A stretch of DNA of 42,836 bases from the NCBI RefSeq assembly GCF_001194135.2, contig NC_068985.1, forward strand, positions 82,704,127 to 82,746,962. Reading direction: 5' to 3'. This DNA comes from Octopus bimaculoides (Eukaryota). This document shows positions 22,834-33,565 of the stretch, piece by piece (the stretch's first letter is position 1; each line of letters begins with the position of its first letter). The notes beneath the pieces were generated by a model. It saw nothing but the letters and a program-made list of their open reading frames with translations, did not search any database and was not told the DNA's origin. Both the position numbers and the translations under genes were made by a program.

Positions 22834-23231
22834 TGTGTGCATATATATATATATATATATAAATTGAACACACTTATACAAGGTGTGTGTGTTGTTAGTT
22901 CATGGGTCGGCTGTGTTTTACGCGTAAGAGAATATTCTCAATATGTCTGATGTTAAAAATACCTGAAAGTAAGTAATAGGTATGTGCGTGCATGTGTGCA
23001 AATTATATTTGGGTATAAACCTTGTTTGCTTTACACATCTCATCTACAGGTATCAGCTAACAAATACTGTCATACAGTGGGATTGATCATATCACTGGAT
23101 ATGCACCTGTGATTCTGTAATCCATTGAGTTGATACAAAAATATAAATAACAATGAATGGATTGAGTAGCATTGCTTTATCACATAACACAATATGCCAA
23201 GCTGAAGAGACGAAATTCACCAGTGTTGCTG

Positions 23232-23279
<48 letters not shown>

Positions 23280-23292
23280 TGATAATAATAAT

Positions 23293-23687
23293 GGTTTCAA
23301 GTTTTGGCACAAGGCCAGCAGTTACATGAGAAGGGTAAGTTGATTACATTCAGCTCAGTGTTCAACTGGTACTAATTTTATCAACCCCAAAAGGATAGAA
23401 AGCAAAGTTGACCTCGGCAGGTTTTGAACTAAAAAAGTGAAGATGGATGAAATGCTGCCAAGCATTTTGCCTGGCATGCGAACGATTCTGCCAGTTCACC
23501 GCCCCAATAATAATAATAATCCTTTCTACTCTAGGCACAAGGCATGAAATTTAGGGGAATAGGATAGTCGATTACATCGACCCAGTGTTTCACTGGCACT
23601 TATTTATTGACTCTAAAAAGATGAGAAACAAAGTTGACCTTCACAGAATTTGAACTCAGAATGCAAACACAGGTGAAATGCCACTTC
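23293..23687 (-). mobile_element. Two SINE family B copies in tandem (23293-23504 and 23519-23687), separated and preceded by (AAT)n
   Basis: Both align to 12954-13169. Confidence 0.85.
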
Positions 23688-23783
23688 AGCAATGTTCTTA
23701 CTGGTGAATCAATGTTGAAACAATTGTAATGTTATGCAATGAAGAATGCTGCTTAATTCATTTTCTACTATTTATACACACAC

Positions 23784-23824
<41 letters not shown>

Positions 23825-24461
23825 ATCTAGTAGCTTGTACTACACATTTGCTAATTATATGAAAATACTGTTTAGTCATGAGCAGGCATTGACACCTCCT
23901 TAACCCCCAGCAAAGCAGGAAATGTTGGCTATGACAGCCACAGTCAGACAGACAAATAGACAGACAGACAGACAGACAGATACATACATACATACATACA
24001 TACATACATAGAGGGAGGAGAGCTGTACTAGTTCTCAGCTGGTATTGCTTTTTTACTTTTTTCCTTATTTAAGTAAATTGGACAATATGAATTTTGAGCA
24101 ATTTGGTCCAGGAATCAATCTTATGACTATTGGCCCATCATCCCTAATCACCAAGCCACATAAATTTCAAGAATTGCAAAATATTTATTGTATGATGTAA
24201 TACACTGTATATTGTAATATAACACATGTCATAATACTCTTGAAGTTGGAATATATAATCTGTAGTGCAAAATATTATATTGCAGTTGGTGTATGTAATT
24301 CATGTTGTAGTTTTCTTTATAATATATGGATTATCAAAGACGATAAAGTAAACAAGTGTGTGAAATGCTATTCATATTATGGGTTCTAACTTTGGAAAAT
24401 ATTCAAAAGATTAAAGCTTCAATAGGCTAGTAACTTGAATAAATTTCAGAAGTGTTTTATG

Positions 24462-24506
<45 letters not shown>

Positions 24507-24543
24507 CATAGACACAAATATGTGTGTGTGTGTGTGTTTATTT

Positions 24544-24585
<42 letters not shown>

Positions 24586-25418
24586 CATAGACNNNNNNNN
24601 NNNNNNNNNNNNNNNNNNNNNNNNNNNNNNNNNNNNNNNNNNNNNNNNNNNNNNNNNNNNNNNNNNNNNNNNNNNNNNNNNNNNNNNNNNNNNNNNNNNN
24701 NNNNNNNNNNNNNNNNNNNNNNNNNNNNNNNNNNNNNNNNNNNNNNNNNNNNNNNNNNNNNNNNNNNNNNNNNNNNNNNNNNNNNNNNNNNATATATATA
24801 TATATATATAACTTTGTTTTTATGTCTAGGATTGTAATAATAATATTTATCATTATTATTATTATTATTATTAAAAAGAAATTTCCAATGTTTGGAATTG
24901 AATTGTTTAAATTCAAATTAAACAATATTTTTTTTTGCAGTTTTTCATTTCTCTGTGTGTGCGTGTGTGTGTGTGTGTGTTTGTGTATATATTCATGTAC
25001 GTATGTGAATATACGTGCAAATAGATTTTCAATGTTCCAAAGTTGTTTGTTTTTCATATGTTTATTTCTTCAGCTCTGCTGCTCCGACTGGCAAGCAATA
25101 TGTACATATTATTTACATGCAGGCATTATTTATTTTACTTAAACTGCCATGGAGAGACTGGGCGTTTTCATTCAGTTTATTCCAATATGGCATTCAGAAG
25201 TTTCATTTCGGTTTTCAACAATGCCACAACAATGGAATTCTAACAAAAGTGAAACAGCAACTCCATCAAATCAATGTTCCATTTGTCATTGCTGGGCTAT
25301 TTATAACTTGTCTGAAGGATAAAAATCTTATCTCTAAACAATTTGTCACATAAAAAACAACAGCTACAAGAAGTAGATTCCTACAATGACAATAATAATA
25401 ATGATGATGATGATGAGA

Positions 25419-25452
<34 letters not shown>

Positions 25453-25784
25453 GTAAACAACAATACTACTACCACTAAAAATAATATTATAATTATTTTG
25501 GAACCAATGCTACACTTCTTTCATACAATGCCATTCAGTTGTTGACACTTTACACACAGAGTCACACATTGATATGTATGTGTGTAATGTATATGTGAAT
25601 GTCTATATACAATAAAAGAAAGAGATGACACTGGAAAAACAATAGTGATGTTATGAGTTTCATTTGCTTACAGCTGTTTCTACGATAAGGTGCAGTAGAC
25701 TCATAGTTGAGTGCCTGAATAACACGCTGTAGCTGCATCGCAGTCTTGAATATGAAGTGCAATTTATGTGGGAAAAAAGAATTA

Positions 25785-26707
25785 TGAGGTGGTATCAAAA
25801 GGTTCTCAAGGGAGTATGAAAAGTAATGTGTAATAAAAAACAAATCTTATTCGCCTAATTTTTAACATCATCTCCTTCGAAATAGTAACCTTGTGTAGCA
25901 ATACACTGGTTCCAGCATTCCTGCCACTTTTGGACTATGACCTGGAAGTTGTTTTCTGTAAGCAAGTCGAGGACCTTCGGCGGTTCACTCTGGATCAGAA
26001 CAATAGTCTTTAAACAGCAACCTTAGGACTTCATTTTCACCTTGGAGAAGTGATGGAAGTCCACAGGTGCTAAATCTGGCAAATAGGGTGGTTGTGGAGG
26101 TGATACCATGTTTTTGGCAAGAAACACATGAGTGAGGAGAGATCGGTGACAGTGCATTGTCGTGAAGAATCCAATTTTTCGTGCTCCACAGATCCAGTCG
26201 CTTTTGCCAGATGTCCTCCCTCAAATGTTTCAAAATATCACAGTAGAACACTTGATTGATTGTTTGGCCCTGGGGGGACAAATTCTCGATGCATAATACC
26301 ACATTTCTGGTGGTGATGCTCACAGCAGGTCTTCCAGATTGCTCATCATCTTCCAAGGACATTCTTCCACTTTTGAAGTGCCCATGCCACTTGAAACATT
26401 GCATACAACCCATTACCTTGTCACCATAAGCTTGCCAAAGCATGCTCAATGTCCTTATAGCAGACTTCTCAAGTTTAATGCACAATTTCATGACTTTTGT
26501 TCCTGTCCATGACAAAATCGCAGACTATAACATACATGTGATCACAAAAACACAAATTACATAACTTGTGAAGTAAACACAGCTGCAATGTCACTTGGCA
26601 CATTGCCTCATGAAGATCACTGCTAGCTCTCACTCTGCACACAACAATGTGCTACCATCTGTTGATGCACTACAGAACTAGTCCAGGAATGTTTTGATAC
26701 TACCTCA
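25785..26707 (-). mobile_element. Internally deleted mariner (mariner 2), 923 bp
   Basis: Including the flanking TA (25783-84 and 26708-09), the ends read TATGAGGTGGTATCAAAA and TATGAGGTAGTATCAAAA. Confidence 0.9.
25985..26515 (-). pseudogene. Mariner transposase remnant: N-terminal HTH joined to mid-catalytic region
   Basis: KLCIKLEKS..WHGHFKSGRMSLEDDEQSGRP joined to QGQTINQVFY..LREDIWQKRLDLW..WILHDNA. PPYLPDLAPVDF follows in another frame. Confidence 0.88.
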
Positions 26708-27323
26708 TACATTTGTGCAATATACAGGGAAGGCATTTCCTGTGAGAAAATCATTAATGATGCATATACAAAAGTGTCTGTCCAAAAGGCAATTAGAATT
26801 TCTAGTAGAAAAAGGAGAAAATATATATGTATATATACACATGTGCATGCACTTGAAAAACTCACACAGATGTACAGCCACAAACACATGTTCTATATAT
26901 AATATATGTATGCATCTCAGGTCAATGAAAGCCTTGTGTATGGATTCAGTAGACAGAAACAAAAAGAAACTCAGCAAATATGCATGTGTGTAAGACAGAG
27001 AGAGAAAGTGTGTATGTGTGCTTGTGTCATTATAAACTGATCATAAATTAATGCCACTGTCATACAAACAGTATCACTTATTTGCAGTCTGCTGTGATAT
27101 CATGTGTAGCCATTGTGCTATGTCTGCTTGAAGAAGTAGAGGAAATATTATCTTTCATGTTGAGGGGTGGAGACAGGAAGAGCATCCAGTTGTAGAGTAA
27201 ATTAAATGATGATGACATCTATTGAATCTCTGTCATTCAACAATGAAGTCTAAACACTTCCTGACTGTGCCTCAGCCTGGTTGCAGTTTAATGACTGAAA
27301 CAGGTAAAAGATATATATATATA

Positions 27324-27484
27324 GGCACAGGCATGGTTTTGTAGTAAGAAGCTTGCTTCCCAACCACATGGTCTTGGGTTCTGTCCCACTGTGTGGAACC
27401 TTGGGCAAGTGTCTTCTACTATTACCTTGGGATGACCAAAGCCTTGTGAGTGTATTTGGTTGACAGAAACTAAAAGAAGCCCAC
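27324..27484 (+). mobile_element. SINE family A 5' half
   Basis: Head and CCTTGGGCAAGTGTCTTCTACT core. Confidence 0.85.
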
Positions 27485-27842
27485 AAAGTCGATTTTTTTC
27501 CTTTTGTCCTTTTGGAATTGATAAAATAAGTACCAGTTACATACTGGAGTCAATGTAGTCAACTTACTTCTTCCCCTGAAATTGCTGGCTTTGTGCTAGA
27601 ATTTGAAACCATTATTTATATCTTTGAAAGGCTGCAAGCTGGCAGAATCATTAGCACACCATGTAAAATGCTTAGCGGCATTTTGTCCGTCCTTATGGCC
27701 TGAGTTCAAATTCTGCCGAGCTTGACTTTACCTTTCATCCTTTCAGGGTTGATGAAATAAGTACCAGTTATACACTGGGCTTGATATAACTGACTAGCCC
27801 CCTCCCTCCAAAATTTAAAACCTTGTGTCTATAGTAGAAAGG
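27485..27842 (+). mobile_element. SINE family B 3' half (27485-27616) with a full B copy (27627-27842) inserted at its tail
   Basis: 16-bp perfect TSD ATTATTTATATCTTTG at 27611-27626 and 27843-27858. Confidence 0.88.
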
Positions 27843-27984
27843 ATTATTTATATCTTTGCTGCTTTGAGATCCAGCATTTCGAAAAAGAATTACCTCTTCT
27901 TTATGTCATCAGTTTATTACAAATAAATTTTATTCCAATTCCTAGTTCCTAACAGTACTGCAGAAATCAGTTTACTTCTAACTT

Positions 27985-28320
27985 CATATCACATGAGAAC
28001 ATTTTTCCCTGTAAAATTTCAACTCATTTTCTCTAAATAAGCAGTTCAGAACCTTATCCGCTCAGCCATTTTTTTTTCTCTTTTCTTTTTTTTTCTTTTT
28101 TTTCCCCTCTCCTGTGTACAAGAAGGAGTCTTAGAGTGAGAGGAATGTTGTCAGTAAACTTATCTCTTGCTCTTTGGTGCTTGCTACAAGTAGATATTGA
28201 TTGAAAGAAAAAAAAAACAAAAATACAAGCAAGAATATATTTAAAATAAAAGACAAGAAAAAATGGCATTTTTGGTAAGTAAAGTAAACTTTGTGTTAAG
28301 TGTGTGATGGCATTTGTCAA
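27985..28320 (+). repeat. Unclassified interspersed repeat; a second, SINE-interrupted copy lies at about 30990-31805
   Basis: Shared ACATTTTTCCCTGTA, AATGTTGTCAGTAA and TATTGATTGAAA...TTTTTGGT segments. Confidence 0.55.
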
Positions 28321-28649
28321 GGATAAATACCAAGAATGATAATTTTTGAGCGTGGGGTAAATATCTACAGCTTATTTCTGTCAAAGGGACATTTCAAGTT
28401 TGCTTCAGCATTTTGTGTATTTTGTCATGAGATCCAAATAAAGTGTGTTAGCAGTTGTTTTTATGATTCTTATTCTTTTACTCTTTTGTTTCTTTACTCA
28501 TGTATGTCTTCTTCGTTTACTGGGTGCAAGGAAATGTTTGGTTTTACTTTGGATTAGAAACAAAAGACTAAAGAGATCGTGTAGAATGTACAGGAGGGAA
28601 GTCTATGTTTCGTCTTTGATCATGTGTTTAGTTAGAAGCACTTGAGGAT

Positions 28650-28985
28650 ATGTAGATGTGTGTTTTGTGTGTATTTATATTTGTACATGTGTGTGTGTTG
28701 TATGTATTTATATATGTATGTGTGTATATGTTTATATATGTACATGTGTGTGTGTATGTTGTGTATATGTGTTTATATATGTACTTGTGTCTGTTGTGTG
28801 TATATGCTTATATATGTACATGTATGTGTGTTGTGTGTATGTGTTTATATATGTACTTGTGTGTGTTGTATGTGCTTATATATGTACATGTATGTGTGTT
28901 GTGTGTATGTGTTTATGTATTTGTGTGTGTTGTATGTCTGTGTATATGTGTGTATTTATATATGTGTGTATCTGTATACATTATA
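28650..28985. repeat. Compound TG/TA low-complexity minisatellite-like tract
   Basis: TATATGTAC(A/T)TGTGTGTGTTGT-like units; this tract explains the overlapping C/V/Y/M-rich ORFs. Confidence 0.85.
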
Positions 28986-29334
28986 AATTTACATGTACGT
29001 GTCTCTTCACATACTCATATACATATATGCAAACTCAAACATGCACAAACACACACATACATAATACACATATATGTTCATTCAATTTACTTGCTATCAT
29101 GGGTTTGACAAATATATTATTGAGGTCTTGTTTTATGGATAGAAGCTCTTTCTGTCGTTTACCCTTTTCTATTTTTCAAGTAAAGGATCTCTTGTTTTAC
29201 TTGACTTTCAAGGTATAAAATGAACAAACGATTTGTTGAAGAAGTAGAGACAATGTACCCCTTGGAGCAACTTAACAAAGAATGCAGATATAATGAAACT
29301 CATCAACATACTCTTTTTCACACACAAATAAAAT

Positions 29335-29790
29335 AGGCTTCTTTTGCCTTCTAACAAATTCCATCACAAGGCTTTGGTTGAACTGGCGCTGTTGTAGAAG
29401 CTACTCATTCTAGATCAGTGGTTCTGAAACATTTAAAAAAATCTATGTTTGATTACCATTTTACTCTGGTGGATCCCTGTAGCCGTTCGATTTTCAAAAG
29501 CTAGTTTTATTAGATACTTCTTTCAAAATTCCCATTTTGTTTTTTCACACATTCACATGTGTAGCTTGAACCATGTAGAACATTAGAGAAAGAAACCTAG
29601 CTGTTTCTTGCAATGAATAAACCTAATTGAAAATTTTTTTCATGGACCCTTAATATACTATTATGGATCCCCAGTTTACTGTTTTACTTTCATGGACCAC
29701 AGTTTAAAACCACTTTTCTAGATGCTGAGTGGTAGAACACAACTGGAGATCCCCTGGTTGGGAAACAAACTTTTTAACAACGCAACCTCT
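29335..29790 (-). mobile_element. Old SINE family A 5' half interrupted by a MITE
   Basis: CACAAGGCTTTGGTTG lies before the MITE and TGGTTGGGAAACAAACTTTTTAAC after it. Confidence 0.6.
29416..29715. mobile_element. 300-bp hAT (Charlie-like) MITE
   Basis: Ends CAGTGGTTCTGAAAC and GTTTAAAACCACTT; perfect 8-bp TSD TTCTAGAT at 29408-29415 and 29716-29723. Confidence 0.88.
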
Positions 29791-29818
29791 CAGCCTTTTC
29801 CCTACTCAAATTTTTTAA

Positions 29819-30016
29819 TCTTTTCTTGTTTCAGTCATTAGACTGCGGCCATGCTGGGGCACTGCCTTGAAGAATTTTTAGTCGAATGTATTGACCCCAG
29901 AAGTTATTTTTACAAGCCTGGTACTTATTCTATTGGTTACTTTTGCTGAATTGCTAAGTTACAGGGACATAAACACACCAGCACCAGCTGTCAAGCATTG
30001 GTGGGTGGGGGGACAA

Positions 30017-30051
<35 letters not shown>

Positions 30052-30215
30052 TACAATGGACTTCTTTCAGTTTCCATCTGCCTAATCCATTTACAAGGCT
30101 TTGGTTAGCCCAAGGCTATAGTAGAGAACTTTTGCCCAAGGTGCTATGCAGTGAAACTGAATCTGAAACCATGTGGATGGGAATCAAGCTTCTTACCACA
30201 CAACCACATCTGCAC
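29819..30215 (-). mobile_element. Full-length SINE family A
   Basis: Aligns end to end with 38281-38667. Confidence 0.88.
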
Positions 30216-30533
30216 ATTTTTGTTAGGAAGCATGGGAGATAATACTGGACATGTTTCATATCTCATCAGTAAAACATAAACTTCACTATTCTTGCTGCCC
30301 ATGACAGGATTTGAACATAGAATATATTTAACTAAATATCAGAAGGCATTTTATTCATAGTTCTATTGTTTCTGCCAATAAACTGCTTTGTTATATTAAA
30401 TGGATAGGGAAAAAATAGACTCTCCTGGTTAAGACAACACTTCATCCAAAAATAACACCACCAGAGGATCTGGTTCTAATTCCTAACAGCTAATTGAACT
30501 GGGACATTAAAGAATTCAGGATTTTTTTCCCCA

Positions 30534-30970
30534 GGTGCAAGCGTAGTTGTGTGGTGAAAAGCTTGATTCCCAACCATATGGTTTCAGGTTCAGTCTCATT
30601 GTATGACACCTTGGGCAAGTGTCTTCTCTTATAGCCTTGGGCTGACCAAAGCCCTGTGAGTGGATTTGGTAGAGAGAAGCTGAAAGAAGCCTGTCATATA
30701 AATATATTTATATATATATATGTATATATATATTTATGTATGTGTGTTTTTGTATCTGTGTTTGTCCCCACTATCACTTGACAACTGATATCAGTATGTT
30801 TACACACCTGTAACATAGCCGTTTGGCAAAAGAGACTGATAGAATAAGTATTAGCCTTACAAGGAATAAGTCCTGAAGTCAATTTCTTCGACTAAAATAC
30901 CCTTTAAGGCACTGCTCCAGTATGGCTGCAGTCAAAGACTGAAACAAGTAAAAGGATAAAAGAATAAAAG
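30534..30970 (+). mobile_element. Full-length SINE family A
   Basis: Head GGTGCAAGCGTAGTTGTGTGG, B box GGTTCAGTCTC, tail GACTGAAACAAGTAAAAG. Confidence 0.88.
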
Positions 30971-31140
30971 AATTACACAAGAAAATACTTGCATTGAAAT
31001 TTCAACCCAGTTCTTCTGCATAAGTTTTCATTTCCTTTTCCAATTCCTTTTCCATCCAAACATTTTTCCCTGTATACAATAGAGTAAAAGAAATGTTGTC
31101 AGTAAGTTTATTTCTTACCATATTGTGCTTACTGCAAGTA

Positions 31141-31335
31141 ATTATTGATTTCAAGTTTTGGCACAAGGTCAGCAAAGTTTTGTGGGGAGGGTCTAAACTG
31201 GTATTAATTTTATTGACCCTGAAAGGAGGAGAGGCAAAGTTGACCCTGGTGGAATTTGAACTCAGAATGTCAAGTCAGATGAAATGCCACTAAGCATTTT
31301 GACCAGCATGCTAATGATTCTACCAGCTCACCATC
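31141..31335 (-). mobile_element. SINE family B
   Basis: TTTTGGCACAAGG...GGAATTTGAACTCAGAATG...CCAGCTCACC. Confidence 0.82.
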
Positions 31336-31356
31336 TTAACTTAGTGCAAGTAAGTA

Positions 31357-31696
31357 AAAAGGGTAAAGACCCCCTTCAGTCATGAATGACCATGGGATGC
31401 ACCTAGAAAGATCCCCTCTGCGGCACAAGTCTGAGCAAGGCTGGAAGACTAGCAGTTGCTCTTGCATACCAGCCACCCCACTCTCCATTCCACTGATGTT
31501 GTCCAAGAGAAAGACAAAGGCTGATACAACTTGGCACCAGTGATGTTGTAACTCATTTCTACAGCTGAGTGAACTGGAGTAATGTGAAATAAAGTGTTTT
31601 GCTCATAAACACAACACACATCCCTATCTGGGAATTGAACTCACTACTTCATGATTGTGAGGCTGATGCACTAACCACTGAGCTATGTGCCTTCAC
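31357..31696 (-). mobile_element. SINE family C, full length
   Basis: Reverse complement of 18667-19004. Confidence 0.85.
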
Positions 31697-32107
31697 TGCA
31701 AGTATGTTTTTTTTTCTTCAATCAATGCAGGTAAGTATTGATTGAAAAAAAAAACATAAGCAAAAGTGTATTAAAGATGAAAAAAATGTGATATTTTTGG
31801 TGAGGGTTTGATTGGCCGTGGGAATGCTGCCCTCAATTTAATCAGTGTTTGTATATCACTGGTATCTATTTTATAATTAGAAAATTAGAAAAGGTGGAAC
31901 TGTCCCATGCAAGGATAAATGAGATTAGCCATACTTAAGCTGTTTTGATTGTGTCAACATGATGTAGAAATTAATCACGTCAAAGAATATTTACTAGATT
32001 TTTGTCTTTCTTCTTTCCATCCTTGTATCTTATTAGTTTAACTAATGCTACAGTGTTTTTGTATCTGGTTTGCAAGATTCTTTATGTGAATTTGTGTGTT
32101 GTAACAA

Positions 32108-32230
32108 ATTTTGTTGTGTCTAGGGAGAGTCATTATGCCAATATTATTAACATATGCACTGATTGAATTCCACTTTTTTTATTATTCATCAATTGGTTGA
32201 ATATCCAACTAACTAATCAATGGTTTATTT
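32108..32230 (+). repeat. Fragment of the PLE-associated repeat, same family as 12910-13270
   Basis: TTTTGTTGTGTCTAGGGAGAGTCATTATGCCAATA...TCCAACTAACTAATCAATGGTTT. Confidence 0.75.
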
Positions 32231-32235
32231 TTTTA

Positions 32236-32404
32236 TTCTTTCACTTGTTTCAGTCATTTGACTGCAGCAATACTGGAATACTGCTTTAAAGGGTTTCAGT
32301 TGAAGAAATCGACTACAGGTCTTATTCTATTGGTCTCTTTTGGCAAACCACTAAAGTTATGGGGTCATAAACACACCAGCATTGGTTGTTAAGTGATAGC
32401 AGGG

Positions 32405-32450
<46 letters not shown>

Positions 32451-32597
32451 ATAGGCTTCTATCAGTTTCTGTCTACAAAATCCACTCACTAGGCTTTGGT
32501 TGGTCTGAGGTTATAGTAGAAGACACTTACCCAAGGTGCCACGCAGTGGGACTGAACCCAGAACCATGTGGTTAGGAAGCAAGCTTCTTACCACACA
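32236..32597 (-). mobile_element. SINE family A, near full length
   Basis: Aligns with 38281-38667. Confidence 0.88.
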
Positions 32598-32654
32598 ATC
32601 AAAGCTCTTTTGTTGCTACTTGTAATCTTTATGATGACAAACAAAAACAATGCA

Positions 32655-32793
32655 AATAACTTACTGCTTAACCAAATTAAATAAACAATCGATTAGTTAA
32701 TTGGATATTTAATTAATTGATAATAAAGAAGTAGAATTGAATCAGTGCATGTGTTAATATTGGCATAATGACTCTCCTTAGACACAACAAAAT
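32655..32793 (-). repeat. Inverted fragment of the same PLE-associated repeat
   Basis: Reverse complement of 32108-32230, with scattered mismatches and small indels. Confidence 0.75.
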
Positions 32794-32911
32794 AGTGCTA
32801 GTGTTTTCTGTTTAATAAAGTCACATCTCAAATGCATGGTTTTAAGATTGGTCCAACTGCTTGACACTTTAAGCAATGTCATCTACTCTACCTCATGTTG
32901 ACCAATAATTT

Positions 32912-33214
32912 GCAAGTGGAATTTGACAGAGAGAGAAAAACCACAACAAAACTGGCACTCTGTCAGTTAGGACGACAAGCATTCCAGTTGATCCAATCAA
33001 TAGAACAGCCTGCTCCTGAAATTAACATGCAAATAACTGAGCACTCCATAGACACTTGTGACCTTCGAAATACAGGTACTCCTCATTTTTGCCAGCTGAG
33101 TTGATTGGACCTGCATGAAATAAAGTGTCTTGCTCAAGGACACAATATGCTGCTGGGAATTAAAATTACAACCTTAGGATTGTGAGCTGATCACCCAACC
33201 ACTAAGCTATCTGC
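32912..33214 (-). mobile_element. SINE with family-C-like head and core but a different 3' part
   Basis: AAATAAAGTGTCTTGCTCAAGGACACAA core and AACCACTAAGCTAT head, shared with 31357-31696. Confidence 0.7.
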
Positions 33215-33268
33215 CTCTCTTGATAGATGGAAAATATGTGAAATAAACCATATATATATATATATATA

Positions 33269-33565
33269 TCAAACAATAAGCAACACGGATTTCAAAAGTG
33301 ATTGCAGTATGCACGTTTCATGCTACTTCAATTTATTTAAGTAATGTGAGCATTACCTTAAATGCAATATGAAGAGCAATCTTCAGCTGCACGAAAATGT
33401 AGAAAAAAGACATTATAAATGTGGCAACATATTAAATCCAAGTGGGAGAGAGCATACATAAAATCCAAATGTGAGGAAGAATATATAAGTCCATCTTGAC
33501 ATAGCGGGTGGAGGGGGGCCTATCAGGCTAGTAATTGATTCTAGACAAAAGTTTTAACTGTCTCA
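33269..33565 (-). mobile_element. Hammerhead-carrying terminal fragment, probably PLE-type, cut by a 100-N gap
   Basis: Contains the 33303-33391 fold and its 3' end runs into (TA)n at about 33250-33268, as PLE1 does. The classification is inferred. Confidence 0.45.
33303..33391 (-). ncRNA. Type-I hammerhead fold with intact CUGAAGA/GAAA core and extended helix II
   Basis: Minus strand: TGCAG-CTGAAGA-TTGCTCTTCA..TTTAAGGTAATG(CTCA)CATTACTTAAA..TGAAGTAGCAT-GAAAC-GTGC-ATA-CTGCA. Confidence 0.68.

Noticed and set aside
23201-23225. CTGAAGA-GAC-GAAA hammerhead-like core
   Set aside because: No helix II and no complementary helix I.
24500-24592. TTACATAGAC duplicated about 79 bp apart next to a gap
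   Set aside because: Most simply a tandem unit truncated or mis-joined at the contig edge.
25140-25245. FHCCG (tetraspanin-like CCG) after a minus-strand acceptor-like site
   Set aside because: An in-frame stop follows after about 22 codons with no donor, and no other tetraspanin features are present. A nearby WNKL hints at LINE debris but is too weak to call.
28500-28660. Stop-interrupted protein-like reading MSSSFTGCKEMFGF...
   Set aside because: No motif I can assign; possibly old transposon debris.
30243-30275. Minus-strand CTGATGA-GATAT-GAAACATGTC, resembling a minimal hammerhead
   Set aside because: Helix II is essentially absent and helix I does not pair outside the core.
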